DNA of 63,800 nt, filler included, from an uncultured Methanosarcinales archaeon (GTDB lineage: Archaea; Nanobdellota; Nanobdellia; Woesearchaeales; CAZKBD01), in NCBI GenBank assembly GCA_964550945.1. It is 3 parts of 3 records of this genome, joined end to end, with 100 filler letters (N's around TTAATTAATTAA, not from the genome) between each part and the next. Parts side by side here need not be neighbours in the genome. Positions count along the whole stretch, not along the records: positions 27,555 to 53,586 come from CAZKBD010000017.1; positions 53,687 to 63,800 come from CAZKBD010000067.1; 1 more part is not named here. One strand, 5' to 3'. Positions 47,514 to 58,105 of the stretch are shown here, one piece after another. The translations under genes and the position numbers were made by a program. Position 1 is the first letter of the stretch, and each line of letters opens with the position of its first letter. The notes under the pieces were generated by a model that saw nothing but the letters and a program-made list of their open reading frames with translations, ran no database searches and was not told the DNA's origin.

Positions 47514-48154
47514 TATTGCTCACCTTTTTGTTCTTGGCCATTTGTTTTGAATATGTTTCTTAAGCCTTCAATAAGGCTATTGTAACTTTTTCTAACATAC
47601 TCATTCTCTTTTATATCAGCAATCCCCTCTTCCAGCTTTTCTCTGCCTTTTCTGAAAGCTTCTTCTAGTTTTTGACTGTATTTTCTCAAATATCTATTTT
47701 CCTGATATTCTAATGCTTTAGGGCCAAAATGATCCATTATTTCAGGATTTTGTTCAGCTTTTTCCCTTATTTGTTCAAACATGGCTAGATAAGTATCGGG
47801 CTCTAATCTTTCACCACTTCTTTCAAGAGCTGAGATAGACTCTCTAACTGCCTTGTTTGCAACATCTGGGTGAGACTCTAGGCCTTCTATTGCTATATTA
47901 ACAAATCTTGTATATTGCCTTTCCATTTCATAGCTGTCTCTTCTGAGTTCTTCGAGAACACCATCAAGCCTTCTTTCTATCCCATCTTGAGCAGTAATTT
48001 GTTCTACAACATTTTGATGCCTTGCTTGATATTGCTGAAACCCGAAATAGGCAGAACCTAGAGTCAGCAGAGCCAATCCTCCAATAAGGATCCTAGTTCC
48101 AAGGTATCTTGGCCTATTTTTTCCTTCAGTTATATAGTGCACCATATTAACCAC
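47513..48154 (-). CDS. Single-TM helical protein
   Basis: N-terminal TM followed by charged helices. Confidence 0.65.
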   Translation of the reverse strand: MVNMVHYITEGKNRPRYLGTRILIGGLALLTLGSAYFGFQQYQARHQNVVEQITAQDGIERRLDGVLEELRRDSYEMERQYTRFVNIAIEGLESHPDVANKAVRESISALERSGERLEPDTYLAMFEQIREKAEQNPEIMDHFGPKALEYQENRYLRKYSQKLEEAFRKGREKLEEGIADIKENEYVRKSYNSLIEGLRNIFKTNGQEQKGEQ

Positions 48155-48200
48155 TTCAAAAGTAGAAATAAACAGTATAATGGGTTTAAAAAAGATTTCC

Positions 48201-48260
48201 TATAAAAAAGCCACGAATTTCCGTCTTTGCTGAAAAAATCAGGTATCAGTTCGGAAAATC
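48201..48260 (-). promoter_or_regulatory. Third copy of the island operator-like motif
   Basis: AAAAAAG-N4-GAATTTCCGT...AAAAAAT...TCGGAAAA with the same spacing as 45241-45300. Confidence 0.65.
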
Positions 48261-48749
48261 GTTAAAAACGTGTGGAATCAGGCCAATATGGTCTTTTTTT
48301 GTAAGGAATGATTCTCGCTTTAGTTCTTCAACAACAAAATGTTCGCTTATTTTTTCAATTCCGAAAATTGTTAGGCTTTCCAGAAATTCTTGAGATTCCT
48401 TTAAATTTTTAAAAACCCCCTCAACAAAAAAATCTGAACCGTTGTTTGTTCTATAAACTGTATTAACATTTTTATGGTCGATTAGGAAATTTCTCAAAGT
48501 GTCTTTTTTTTCTGCCTTTATTATATAGTTCACTTTAATGTTATAACCCATCTTAGGAAAATCCATGATAGTAATATGCTTTTTTATTAATTTCTTATTA
48601 AGCGAGTTAATCTTATCAAATACTGTGCTAGTTGGAATATCTATCTTTCTTGATATTTCAGCAAGGCTTATCCTAGAGTTCTTCCTCAGCTCATGCAAAA
48701 TCAGAAGTTCGTTATAGCTTAGGCTTGCTTTTGTTTGGTCGGGTTTCAT
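48246..48749 (-). CDS. Lrp/AsnC-family transcriptional regulator
   Basis: ILHELRKNSRISLAEISRKIDIPTSTV HTH plus RAM domain. Confidence 0.9.
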   Translation of the reverse strand: MKPDQTKASLSYNELLILHELRKNSRISLAEISRKIDIPTSTVFDKINSLNKKLIKKHITIMDFPKMGYNIKVNYIIKAEKKDTLRNFLIDHKNVNTVYRTNNGSDFFVEGVFKNLKESQEFLESLTIFGIEKISEHFVVEELKRESFLTKKDHIGLIPHVFNDFPN

Positions 48750-48929
48750 AGCTGTTTTTAATAATTAAGAAAGCTGTTTAAAAGGGTTTGTGAGAAAAAA
48801 AGTTATTTTTTTCAGGGATGTCAGAAAATATGCGGAATAATTAATGGAAAAGATAGCCTTATGAAACCGTTTCCAACGAAAAACAAAAAGCTTTATAAAC
48901 AATAAACTCCATAATTAGGTTATACTATA

Positions 48930-50453
48930 ATGGTCAATCAGCAACTTGTCGATTATATCAAAGCACAGAAAGCTCAAGGATATGCTCCTCAACAATCGAG
49001 AGATTATCTAGTTAAACAAGGGTACGATCCTAGTGAAGTTGAAGAAGCAATTAAAAATGCTAAAACCATAATATCTCCGCTTTTTGTATTTCTTGGCTTT
49101 TCCTTGGCAATCTTGATTACAGGATCTATCATATTTCTTCAACTCCCAGATAACGATGTTAAAGAACTAAGCGGGTCTAATCTTCTACTCCAAGATAAAG
49201 GTAGTATAGATACTGGTATTGAAGAGACAAGTATTGAGGATGTCCCTACGAAAGATACAATTATTGAGGAAACGGGTATTAGGGATGCCATTATTGAGAA
49301 TGCGACTATGGGAGGTACAATTATTGGGGAGCCAGGTATTGAAAATACCACTATGGAAAATACAAGTATTGAAGAAGAACCAACGGCGTCTAGTCAATGT
49401 ATTGAAGTAGAAAACCCAAAACCCATAAATGGAATTCTTTCAGAGGAATTTTTTAATTCAGAAGACCAGTACTCAAAGTTTTTTATTTCAAAACAACAGG
49501 ATAATATTAGTTTAACTGAAGAATGTTTGCCTGTTTTTAATTTAGACGAAATATCTATTATGATTGGCAGTTTTGGTGGAAGTGATTTTTATATTGAAAA
49601 GCCAGATGGCGAAAAAATAACAGAATTCCCACAAGATCTTGAAATTGTTAAGATGTATAATGAAACCAATCCTTTGGATGGAATCTGGAAAATTGGCATT
49701 GATAATAAAGAAGCATCTAATTCCCAAATTTCCATTAATATTTTCGGTAAAGTGTCTGATATTAGTATTGTAGCTGACATGGATAAAGCAGGGTACAAAC
49801 CCAACGAACTTGCATCATTAAGAGCAAAGGTATATTTCAATCAAGATTATATTCTAAATGGAAAAGTTGAAGCTATTATTTTCTCTACTCCCCAAGATTC
49901 TGCTAATGTCCCAATATCTAGCATAGTGATAAAACCAATAAAAAAAGTAGAATTACTCGATGACGGAAAACATAATGATGGAAATGCTAAAGATGGAATC
50001 TTTGCGAATACTGTAAAGCTGGCAGAAGAAGGAAATTATCCAATTCAATTCAGACTAGCAGGCTCTATTAATAATAAGGAGATTTTAAGGGAAGATCATA
50101 TTGAAACTTGGGTTAAAACATTCCCTGACCTAACTGTAACTGATATTTCTTTCTCAAATAATAATCCTAAGTCGGGTGATAACATAATACTATCTGCAAT
50201 TATTGAAAATATAGGGAATAAGGATGCAAATGACGTTGAGGTTGAGTTTTACTATCCTGGGAACTATGAAGATGTCCTCATAGGTACTGATACCATTGAT
50301 GTGCAAACATCAGAAAAAAAGACTGCTTCAGTAGAATGGAAAGATATTCCTCAAGGAACCCATGATGTATCTGCCGTAGTATCTCCATTTGGCGATTTTT
50401 TGGAAGAAAATTATGAAAACAATAGAAAAAACATTCAAATTACTGTGAGTTAG
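48930..50453 (+). CDS. Membrane-anchored surface protein with C-terminal CARDB-like domain
   Basis: TM; LLDDGKHNDGNAKDGIFAN Ca-binding-like motif; PDLTVTDISFS...ENIGN...EENYENN. Confidence 0.78.
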   Translation: MVNQQLVDYIKAQKAQGYAPQQSRDYLVKQGYDPSEVEEAIKNAKTIISPLFVFLGFSLAILITGSIIFLQLPDNDVKELSGSNLLLQDKGSIDTGIEETSIEDVPTKDTIIEETGIRDAIIENATMGGTIIGEPGIENTTMENTSIEEEPTASSQCIEVENPKPINGILSEEFFNSEDQYSKFFISKQQDNISLTEECLPVFNLDEISIMIGSFGGSDFYIEKPDGEKITEFPQDLEIVKMYNETNPLDGIWKIGIDNKEASNSQISINIFGKVSDISIVADMDKAGYKPNELASLRAKVYFNQDYILNGKVEAIIFSTPQDSANVPISSIVIKPIKKVELLDDGKHNDGNAKDGIFANTVKLAEEGNYPIQFRLAGSINNKEILREDHIETWVKTFPDLTVTDISFSNNNPKSGDNIILSAIIENIGNKDANDVEVEFYYPGNYEDVLIGTDTIDVQTSEKKTASVEWKDIPQGTHDVSAVVSPFGDFLEENYENNRKNIQITVS

Positions 50454-51033
50454 ATAGATAGGATCATTGAGTTTAGAATAAGTTATTTACATACCTAGAA
50501 TGGGATGATTAATGCAGCTATAACAGGAACAATTAATATAATTTCGATAGGGGCTTGTGTTAATGATGTCATTAATCCAGTCATTGTTTCTATTAATATC
50601 GGATCATAACCCCTTTAATCCTGTCTTAAGGAGCATAACTTCCTAGGTACTGTGATTATGATCACAAACAGCAAATAAAGCCCAAATTTCCTGAAATAAA
50701 AAATTTCTTAATATCTTCAAGTTTTACATCAAGTGTTTGCCAAAGTGTATAGAAACCAGCGTAGATAGCGGCTTTGCTCATTATAATATTCTCAATTTCA
50801 CTCTCACTTTCAAAATATATTCTCAGTCATCCTTAGAATCCCACCATTTCTCTTCAATCATCTCATCCAATTCAGCTTCATATGGCATTTTGACCTTTGA
50901 TTATCCTGCAGAAAGATTTAATCTTCGTGTGGTTGTTCCTGACATTAACCTCCTTAAGGTAAACAAGAACATGAACATCTTTCTCGCCGTCATTCAATAT
51001 TACGTCTCTTTTATTGATCATTTTTATTTAGTC

Positions 51034-51498
51034 TCACATAACTATATCAATAAGGGAAGAGTCTGACATGAATGCCTCTTTCTTTACATCTTCAATAAGG
51101 TAGTAAACCTGCGTTTGCTCTAATTTAAACTTTCCACCAAACATATCGATAAAGTCTTCAACATCCTTTACATTTTTAAAAATGCCCTCAATAAGAAAAT
51201 CAAAGCCATTGCTTATTTTAAATACTGAATTTATATTCTGATGGCTTAATAGAAATTTCTTTGCTTCTTCTCTTAAATTTCTGTCTACTCTAACCATAAT
51301 ATTCACCCTTGCATTGAAGCCAAGCTTCGAGAAATCTATCAGTGTTGTATGCTTTGTTATCAAGTTCCCTTGATAGCATTTTATTTTGTCAAAAATAGTT
51401 GAGATAGGCACATTTGTATGTTTGCTTATTTGTGTTAATGTTTCGCGAGCATTGTTTCTAAGCTCACTTAGTATTAGCAAGTCCTTTTTTGAAAGCAT
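51034..51498 (-). CDS. Lrp/AsnC-family transcriptional regulator (paralogue of 48246-48749)
   Basis: ILSELRNNARETLTQISKHTNVPISTIFDKI...KHTTLIDFSKLGF. Confidence 0.9.
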   Translation of the reverse strand: MLSKKDLLILSELRNNARETLTQISKHTNVPISTIFDKIKCYQGNLITKHTTLIDFSKLGFNARVNIMVRVDRNLREEAKKFLLSHQNINSVFKISNGFDFLIEGIFKNVKDVEDFIDMFGGKFKLEQTQVYYLIEDVKKEAFMSDSSLIDIVM

Positions 51499-51614
51499 TT
51501 TTGTCTACCCCATTCTTTTTTTGTTTGCACCGAAAAACAGTAATTAAATCAGAAGAGTTGCTATTTAAATGTTATTCAGAATCTAGGAAGAGGTTTACCT
51601 GCGGGGGTAAAAGT

Positions 51615-52292
51615 TTACCTTTTAGATTGGCAGAACTTTTGTTCGTATTCGCTCAGATCAGACAGCAGCTTGTACACCTTAGCCCCATCCTTTTGGTCGA
51701 CATACAAAGAAAATTCTGACTGATATGAAGAGACATCATAGATGTTGATCTGATTAAGCGATATCTGGCCCATTATCAAAAAATAAACGCCCTGAGTGTA
51801 TTTAACACTGGAGTCGAGATGTATATTAATGGAAGATATGTCCTTCTGGATAGACAAAATATTTTCATTTTTGATCAGCGCTGCTGTTTTATCTAAATCT
51901 TCCTCTCTTATAAACAAAATAAATGAAGAGCCATTATTTGATACTCTTATAAATCTGTCAGCCTCTGAAGATAATTCACCAATTATTCTGAGAATATTTT
52001 TAATGTCTGCATTCTTGCTTGTTTCAATAGAGGCTAATTTGCTTCTTACATCAACATAAGAGCCTCTAAATGCAGTATATGCATTTCTGAATTCAAACAA
52101 AGGAACGATTTCATCTGTGTATTTTCTAACTGCATTCCTGACATCATCAAAACTGCCTCTGAATTCGCGTTCTTCTTCAATAATGTGCTTTGTAAGAACT
52201 CTGCTTGTTATCAGGCCGCGTTGCAGGCCAACTTGTATTGTGGGATCTCCCTCAATATACTTTTTAACATAAAAACTAACGCGTTGACTCAT
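51615..52292 (-). CDS. Archaeal tandem ACT-like domain putative regulator
   Basis: VKKYI..P.I..L.RGLI helical N-domain; TQGVY...INIYDVSS..SE ACT-like C-domain. Confidence 0.65.
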   Translation of the reverse strand: MSQRVSFYVKKYIEGDPTIQVGLQRGLITSRVLTKHIIEEEREFRGSFDDVRNAVRKYTDEIVPLFEFRNAYTAFRGSYVDVRSKLASIETSKNADIKNILRIIGELSSEADRFIRVSNNGSSFILFIREEDLDKTAALIKNENILSIQKDISSINIHLDSSVKYTQGVYFLIMGQISLNQINIYDVSSYQSEFSLYVDQKDGAKVYKLLSDLSEYEQKFCQSKR

Positions 52293-52497
52293 TCAACGAC
52301 CCCCATATTGCTTTAAATATACTCAATCTTTATAAAAATGGAGTTCTCTATATAAATTTTTCGATTGTTTATAAAAAAATTTTTACCCATTTTTCTGATT
52401 TTTTTAAATATTTGAACAAATTTTTACCCAAATTTTTAGTTAGGTTATTATACAAAAAACGGTTTCCGGTATAATAGGAAATATCGGGGGTGTCAAA

Positions 52498-52791
52498 ATG
52501 AGTGAAGGAATAGAAGCTGTTAGGCCAGGAGGCACACACGAACATTGCCTTTCAGAGCTGCTACAAAGCCATACTGCGGAAAAAGCTAAAGACGAAAAAT
52601 CATTATATAGGCGGCTCTTGGAATCCGCTGCCTCTTACTTAAAGGCAGCAGGAATAATGATACCATACGCAACTCTTGAAGTTAGAGATACTGAAGTAGT
52701 TATGCATGGAGCGCCTAATTGCGGTGAAGTATTGGTTTGCGCTTTTGAAGGCCAAGGTGTTGAAGGCCCAGGAATACAAAATTACCTTTGA
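52498..52791 (+). CDS. Hypothetical protein
   Basis: 97-aa ORF after a G-rich RBS. Confidence 0.45.
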   Translation: MSEGIEAVRPGGTHEHCLSELLQSHTAEKAKDEKSLYRRLLESAASYLKAAGIMIPYATLEVRDTEVVMHGAPNCGEVLVCAFEGQGVEGPGIQNYL

Positions 52792-52815
52792 GTATTTAGA
52801 TTATGGGGGGTTTGT

Positions 52816-53364
52816 ATGCGTAATATAGCTATATTTTCAACAAGCGATGAGAATATTGTCAGGTCAATATTGAACTGCAAAAACGCAAAAATAAAGCTGA
52901 TTATAACAAATATGCCTAATTCTCCTATTGCTGATATTGCAAAAAGATATAATGTAACCTACAAATGTTTTGATCATAAGGAATACCAAGACAGAGTAAG
53001 TCATGAGAAGGACATTGTTAGATACCTCAAAAAAGAAAGGATTAAATTAATCATTTTTGCGCATTACATGAGGTTAGTTTCTAAGTATTTTGTTGACAGA
53101 TACAGGAATAAAATTCTCAATATCCACCCAAGCTTATTGCCTGATTTTAAAGGAGCAAATGGCTACAAAGATGCGTTTGAAGCTGGTGTAAGAGAAAGCG
53201 GCTGCACAATACACTATGTAGATGAAGGATTAGATACTGGAGAGATTATTTGCCAAAAAACAGTCCCCAGATTTGAAAATGATAATTTTGATTCCTTTAA
53301 ATGCAGAGTCCATGACGCAGAATGCGATGCAATAAGAAGCGTTATTGAAGATTCGGTTGTTTAA
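52816..53364 (+). CDS. purN: Phosphoribosylglycinamide formyltransferase-like protein
   Basis: YMRL, NIHPSLLPDFKG, SGCTIHYVDEGLDTGEII. Confidence 0.85.
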   Translation: MRNIAIFSTSDENIVRSILNCKNAKIKLIITNMPNSPIADIAKRYNVTYKCFDHKEYQDRVSHEKDIVRYLKKERIKLIIFAHYMRLVSKYFVDRYRNKILNIHPSLLPDFKGANGYKDAFEAGVRESGCTIHYVDEGLDTGEIICQKTVPRFENDNFDSFKCRVHDAECDAIRSVIEDSVV

Positions 53365-53550
53365 TTAGTTATATCCGGTTGGTTCATTAGCTCTTTTACC
53401 TGTTTTTATCCAATTCAACAGCAAATACACAAACCTAATTCTGATTCAAACTTTTTTATTGTATATAAAGTTTAGAATTCAACTACTTCCATAAGAAGTA
53501 GACCCCTTATACTATATACAGTAAAGTATAGCTTTATTCCCATTTGGGTT

Positions 53551-53573
53551 TAATACCCCGCAGCTTGCTGCGG
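53551..53573. repeat. GC hairpin at contig end, possibly an IS200/IS605-type end
   Basis: CCGCAGC-TT-GCTGCGG at 53558-53573. Confidence 0.35.
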
Positions 53574-53586
53574 TAGTTTAATAAAT

Positions 53587-53686
53587 NNNNNNNNNNNNNN
53601 NNNNNNNNNNNNNNNNNNNNNNNNNNNNNNTTAATTAATTAANNNNNNNNNNNNNNNNNNNNNNNNNNNNNNNNNNNNNNNNNNNN
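53587..53686. other. Artificial contig linker
   Basis: N44-TTAATTAATTAA-N44. Confidence 0.97.
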
Positions 53687-54064
53687 TTTGCAAACAAAAA
53701 GGATACTGAAGACCTCTTAGCCAAGTTCAATAATTTCGAAAAGCATGTCAGCGGAATAATGTCTCTGGTAAACAGAAAATTTGAAAGTTTGGAAAAAGAT
53801 CTAAAAGATAAATTTGATGAAAAAACAGACAAAATATCAAAATTGCTTAAAGGTTTTGAGACTTTAGCTCAAAAAACGCCCGATCTAAACAAGTATTTTA
53901 ATCTATTGGAGGAAGAGGCAAAAAAATCCCCTCAACAGGAAGCAAAGGTAGAAAAGATAAAAGTTCCTGGGCAAGAAGAAGAGCCTGAAAAAGAGGAAGA
54001 AAAAAAGGCGGGGCTGATGGGTAAATTAAAAGGATTAAAAGACAAGATTGGAAAAAAAGAGTAA
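53687..54064 (+). CDS. Coiled-coil protein, C-terminal fragment
   Basis: Frame open from the contig start; Lys/Glu-rich. Confidence 0.6.
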   Translation, partial: FANKKDTEDLLAKFNNFEKHVSGIMSLVNRKFESLEKDLKDKFDEKTDKISKLLKGFETLAQKTPDLNKYFNLLEEEAKKSPQQEAKVEKIKVPGQEEEPEKEEEKKAGLMGKLKGLKDKIGKKE

Positions 54065-54188
54065 CAAAAGTAGATGCTAAATCAGATTTTCGTTTTGTAT
54101 TCTTAGTAGATTATATGCATCGCTACAGTGGCCTTTGCTATTGTAACATGACACCAAATGTTTAAATACGCCCTATGGATGTATTTTA

Positions 54189-54830
54189 ATGGGGGTTAAC
54201 AAATTGAAAAAAAATCTCATTATCCTGCTGGCGGTTATATTCCTTTTTTCTATTCCAGCGCAAGCCGCAATAATATTAAAGATAGGCCCAGACGCCATCG
54301 CCTACTTCCACAAAGAGATTAAGGACAATCCCGACCTCGTGTATTTGAAGCTAGGAAACTATTTTTTTGGGCACAACCAAATTGAGAAATCTATAAAATT
54401 GTATAATAAATCCATTAACATAAACCCCAATTTTGCTCCTGCGCATCATAATCTGGGCATTGTTTATTATAAGGAAGGTAAGTTTGACAAGGCAATAGAA
54501 GAGTTTAAAAAAGCTATAGAAAATGATAAATCTTACGCAAAAGCGTATGATTCATTGGCATTGCTATATTTTGAATTAGATGAGTTTGACAATGCAATAG
54601 AATACTTCCAAATGCTCACAAGATTAGAGCCAGATAATCCTAAAACTAATTTTGATCTGGCTCAAAGCTATGTTGCCAGATTTCGAAGAGATGAACAAAA
54701 AGAAAATTTAGAAGACCTTAAAAAAGCATTATCTTACTTTAAAAGTGCAGTTGAACTCGAGCCAGAGTTTCCATATGCCTCAAACAACATTAAAATTGTC
54801 GAGGGAGTCATAAAAACTTACGAGGATTGA
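54189..54830 (+). CDS. Secreted TPR protein
   Basis: Signal-like N-terminus; TPRs (AHHNLGIVYY...AIEEFKKAI). Confidence 0.88.
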   Translation: MGVNKLKKNLIILLAVIFLFSIPAQAAIILKIGPDAIAYFHKEIKDNPDLVYLKLGNYFFGHNQIEKSIKLYNKSININPNFAPAHHNLGIVYYKEGKFDKAIEEFKKAIENDKSYAKAYDSLALLYFELDEFDNAIEYFQMLTRLEPDNPKTNFDLAQSYVARFRRDEQKENLEDLKKALSYFKSAVELEPEFPYASNNIKIVEGVIKTYED

Positions 54831-55166
54831 GAATGTTTAGCTGATTAAAGAGCACGCCATACAAGCTATACGATTTTCCTTTTATTCTCGCTTATGAGTT
54901 TAGCTTCACAATCAATTCAGTTTATCGTAAATCCCTACAGCATGCTGGCATGGCTTTTGATCCCAAGAGCAATTATTCACACAGCAGCCTAAATGGACAA
55001 CGCCTTCTTTGTGCCCACATAACAAAATAGAATCAGGACTCTCCTTAAAGCCTACGCTGCATATCTTGCAATCCATTATATCACCCTTTTGTTTTTTTGT
55101 TTTATATGCTTAAATTTGCTGGTTTACTATTTAAATATTTGTATTTTTTGTTTTTTAGATGCTATC

Positions 55167-55571
55167 TTAAACACAATTTTTGCAATCCAGCTCGCACTGG
55201 TATTTTTGTCCTGCCATGGCAGAAATGCACTTGGTTCCTATCCTGATAAAAAAAGGTTTAGAGCTTCTCTTATCCATCATCCCGGCATGATAGGTTGAGC
55301 TTCCCAACAAATTGCTTTTGTCATCTAATAGCTTGCAGCTGATGCTAACTTCCTCTGCATAGCTAAACCCTTCATTATACAGAGTCCCTTCTAGATTTGA
55401 GTGACATGATGGAGAGCTTCCATAAAAGGATTGAACACTTAAAATTTCAAAGCTAAGCATAGGTGCTCCATTAACAATAGCATAACCAGTAAGGTTTCCT
55501 CTGAGTGGTATAAAAAAATACACGAATAATACTAACATCAATACAATTCCGATAACCTTGGTTTTTCCCAT
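55167..55571 (-). CDS. Small exported protein (FxLYD-like beta domain)
   Basis: N-terminal TM, then GTLYNEG...VSISCKLLDDKSNLLG. Confidence 0.6.
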   Translation of the reverse strand: MGKTKVIGIVLMLVLFVYFFIPLRGNLTGYAIVNGAPMLSFEILSVQSFYGSSPSCHSNLEGTLYNEGFSYAEEVSISCKLLDDKSNLLGSSTYHAGMMDKRSSKPFFIRIGTKCISAMAGQKYQCELDCKNCV

Positions 55572-55618
55572 AATACCTATTTAACATATAGTAAACAAGA
55601 CTTATATTTAAATCTGCC

Positions 55619-58105
55619 CTATTGCTTAGAGCGCTCCATTTCTTTTATTGAGTCAAAAAGCTCCTGCCTTTTTTTATAATGATTAAACAGGTCTACAAGG
55701 CTATTGTATAGGGAAGCATATTTTGTATTCGCTTTAATATTTTCAATAACTTGAGGATTCTTGGTTATTTCATTAATCTTTTTAGAGAATAATGCTTCTG
55801 TCTTTACTAACTCCTCTTCTTTTTCTTTGATGCTATCAAACTGTGCTTTGAAATTTTCATAGGCTTCAACAAGCTGGTTGTATAGCTTAACCCAGGATTC
55901 GCGGGATTTTGCCACACTGATAAGATGATTATCTGCTGCAATATCCACCATATTCACAAGATATCCCTCTCTGTCCTCAATCTTTTCCTCTTTCTTTTTA
56001 AAGCCTTCAGCTAACGCCTTAAGTGTATTTAGAACACTTTTAAATTCAGGATACTCCTTAGACAACTCTAATAATTCGCTGTTATTGGACAGTTCCATAA
56101 TTAAGTTTTTTGTATTTTCATCTGCTTTTGAAGGCTCCATTTTTATTTTCCTGTCCTCAACTAAACTGCTCAATAATTTTAGAACATCATCCATTTCCTT
56201 GCCTAAATCATCATCAAATATCTTATTTTTTGAGTGCTCTTTGATTTTATTGGCTATTTTTACCTCCAATGCAGATAAAATATCGTCTTCCATCTTGATT
56301 AAATTTCTTTTTTCTCTTTTATGTGTCAATAGGAACTGTTTTTCTTTTTCCCTCTTTTTATATTCATAGTATTTAAAGTGCCTGATAATGAAGAGAGTTA
56401 CTGCAGGTGGGACAAGTACCAGCAAACAAGGTATCCAAATAAGCTTAACCATCAGCTCAGTTTTATTGCTCAATAGATACATGTAAAAAGTCAGAACCAG
56501 AGCCGCAAATGCAAGAAAAGAGCTTGCAGTATAGACGCCTTTCCTTATTCTCTTGTATTTTTTAATCTTTGCTCTATACTCTTCAATTTCTTTCTTTGTT
56601 AATCTTCTGACATAAGCCTTGTCACCAATATAAGTTGATGAGAGCAAAATAACTGCTAAAGCCAATAACATCCAGGGAAATTGTCTCGCAAATGGCGCTA
56701 ATTTTGTAAGCTCTGGCAGCTTTGCAAATTTTGTAATCTCACAAGGCTCGCATGGGCCTCCGCAATCAACACCATTCTCATTTTGGTTTTGTATTCTGTC
56801 TGAGCAGCTTGGCAGAGTGATACAAGGATTACAAATACCGCCACAATCAACCCCTTCCTCATCACCATTTTGGATGTCATCAGAGCATGTTGGAATATAC
56901 TCGCAAACCTGAATTTCTGTTGGCTTTTTCTTTTTAGTGCCGCATTGGTTTATATCCACGCACTTCCTTTTTTGAAACCCATCAACTGAGCAGGCAGGCC
57001 AATCAGAGCATTTCCAATTTTCATGACAAACCGTAAAACGCCCTACAACAGCTCCTTCTTCGGCTTCTTCAGCCGCTGTGCCAGCCCCTGCACCAGTGCC
57101 TGTGCCTGCAGGGCATGCCCCGCAATCCTGGGAGCAGCTAGAGCAATCTTCAGCAGATCCGCATGAGCTATCTCCGCAATAAGGCCCTCTAACAATCCTA
57201 AAAGATACAGTTTCAGAATCATTTAAATTTCCATCACTCACAGAAAAATTTACAGAGTAATTGCCAACCTGTGAAAGAGTTGGCGTAAAACTAAAGACAC
57301 CTGTGCTTGAATTTAGTGTAAACAAGCTGCTATTGCTAGAATATGCCAATGTATCATTATCAGCATCTGTAGCATTAACATCATAAACAAATAATGTGCC
57401 TTCTACAGCTATTAAAGATCCGATAGAACCTAATACGGGGGGGTTGTTTATGTCATATACTGTAATCCTCAATACGCCAGTAGTATTGGTTATGTTGTCA
57501 CTGCAAGTTATGGTTACATCATTAATTCCAGTATCATCGTTTGCTGGAGTCCAGCTGAAAATGCCAGTGTCAATATCTATATTAAATTCTGTGGTATTAT
57601 CATAATAGGTTATATCGTCACCATTGGCATCAGAACAGTTGACATCATAAACCAATGTCGAGCTTTCATTAACTTCTTGGTTGGTTAGATTATGGCCAAA
57701 TGTTGGAGCTATATTGCCTCCAGTAAGATTGACTTCATGAAAAACACCTGACTCCCAAGTTACGTTACCGTCAGTTACCGCCATAGACCCATTGACATAA
57801 AATGTGATTGAATCGCCTGATTCAGCTCCCTCATCTACTGCAGTTTCTGTATCATCCCCATTACATGAGAGCAGCCCGTAATAACCTTCAGCGCTAACAA
57901 TAAAATTACCGCATAGAACGCTGTCAGGATCATACGCTGATATGTTTACTCCAGCAGAGATGTTTGCAGTTATATTTATGATTGCAATTCCATAGAACTC
58001 AGCAGCAGGGTTAGGTAAAGCTATAATTACTCTTGAAGTCACAACCAGCAAAATAATTAGTAAAAAGCACCTCAATATCCTATTATTCTTATTTTGATTG
58101 ATCAT
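55619..58105 (-). CDS. Surface protein with cadherin/Ig-like and Cys-rich repeats, three TMs and a cytoplasmic helical tail
   Basis: DANGDDITY / DADNDTLAY repeats with TGxFSxTP; TCSDDIQNGDEEGVDCGG-type repeat twice; three TM segments. Confidence 0.8.
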   Translation of the reverse strand: MINQNKNNRILRCFLLIILLVVTSRVIIALPNPAAEFYGIAIINITANISAGVNISAYDPDSVLCGNFIVSAEGYYGLLSCNGDDTETAVDEGAESGDSITFYVNGSMAVTDGNVTWESGVFHEVNLTGGNIAPTFGHNLTNQEVNESSTLVYDVNCSDANGDDITYYDNTTEFNIDIDTGIFSWTPANDDTGINDVTITCSDNITNTTGVLRITVYDINNPPVLGSIGSLIAVEGTLFVYDVNATDADNDTLAYSSNSSLFTLNSSTGVFSFTPTLSQVGNYSVNFSVSDGNLNDSETVSFRIVRGPYCGDSSCGSAEDCSSCSQDCGACPAGTGTGAGAGTAAEEAEEGAVVGRFTVCHENWKCSDWPACSVDGFQKRKCVDINQCGTKKKKPTEIQVCEYIPTCSDDIQNGDEEGVDCGGICNPCITLPSCSDRIQNQNENGVDCGGPCEPCEITKFAKLPELTKLAPFARQFPWMLLALAVILLSSTYIGDKAYVRRLTKKEIEEYRAKIKKYKRIRKGVYTASSFLAFAALVLTFYMYLLSNKTELMVKLIWIPCLLVLVPPAVTLFIIRHFKYYEYKKREKEKQFLLTHKREKRNLIKMEDDILSALEVKIANKIKEHSKNKIFDDDLGKEMDDVLKLLSSLVEDRKIKMEPSKADENTKNLIMELSNNSELLELSKEYPEFKSVLNTLKALAEGFKKKEEKIEDREGYLVNMVDIAADNHLISVAKSRESWVKLYNQLVEAYENFKAQFDSIKEKEEELVKTEALFSKKINEITKNPQVIENIKANTKYASLYNSLVDLFNHYKKRQELFDSIKEMERSKQ

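Noticed and set aside
50737..51066. 109-aa plus-strand ORF
   Set aside because: TTG start, overlaps the Lrp 3' end, no motif; the region more likely holds short minus-strand ORFs
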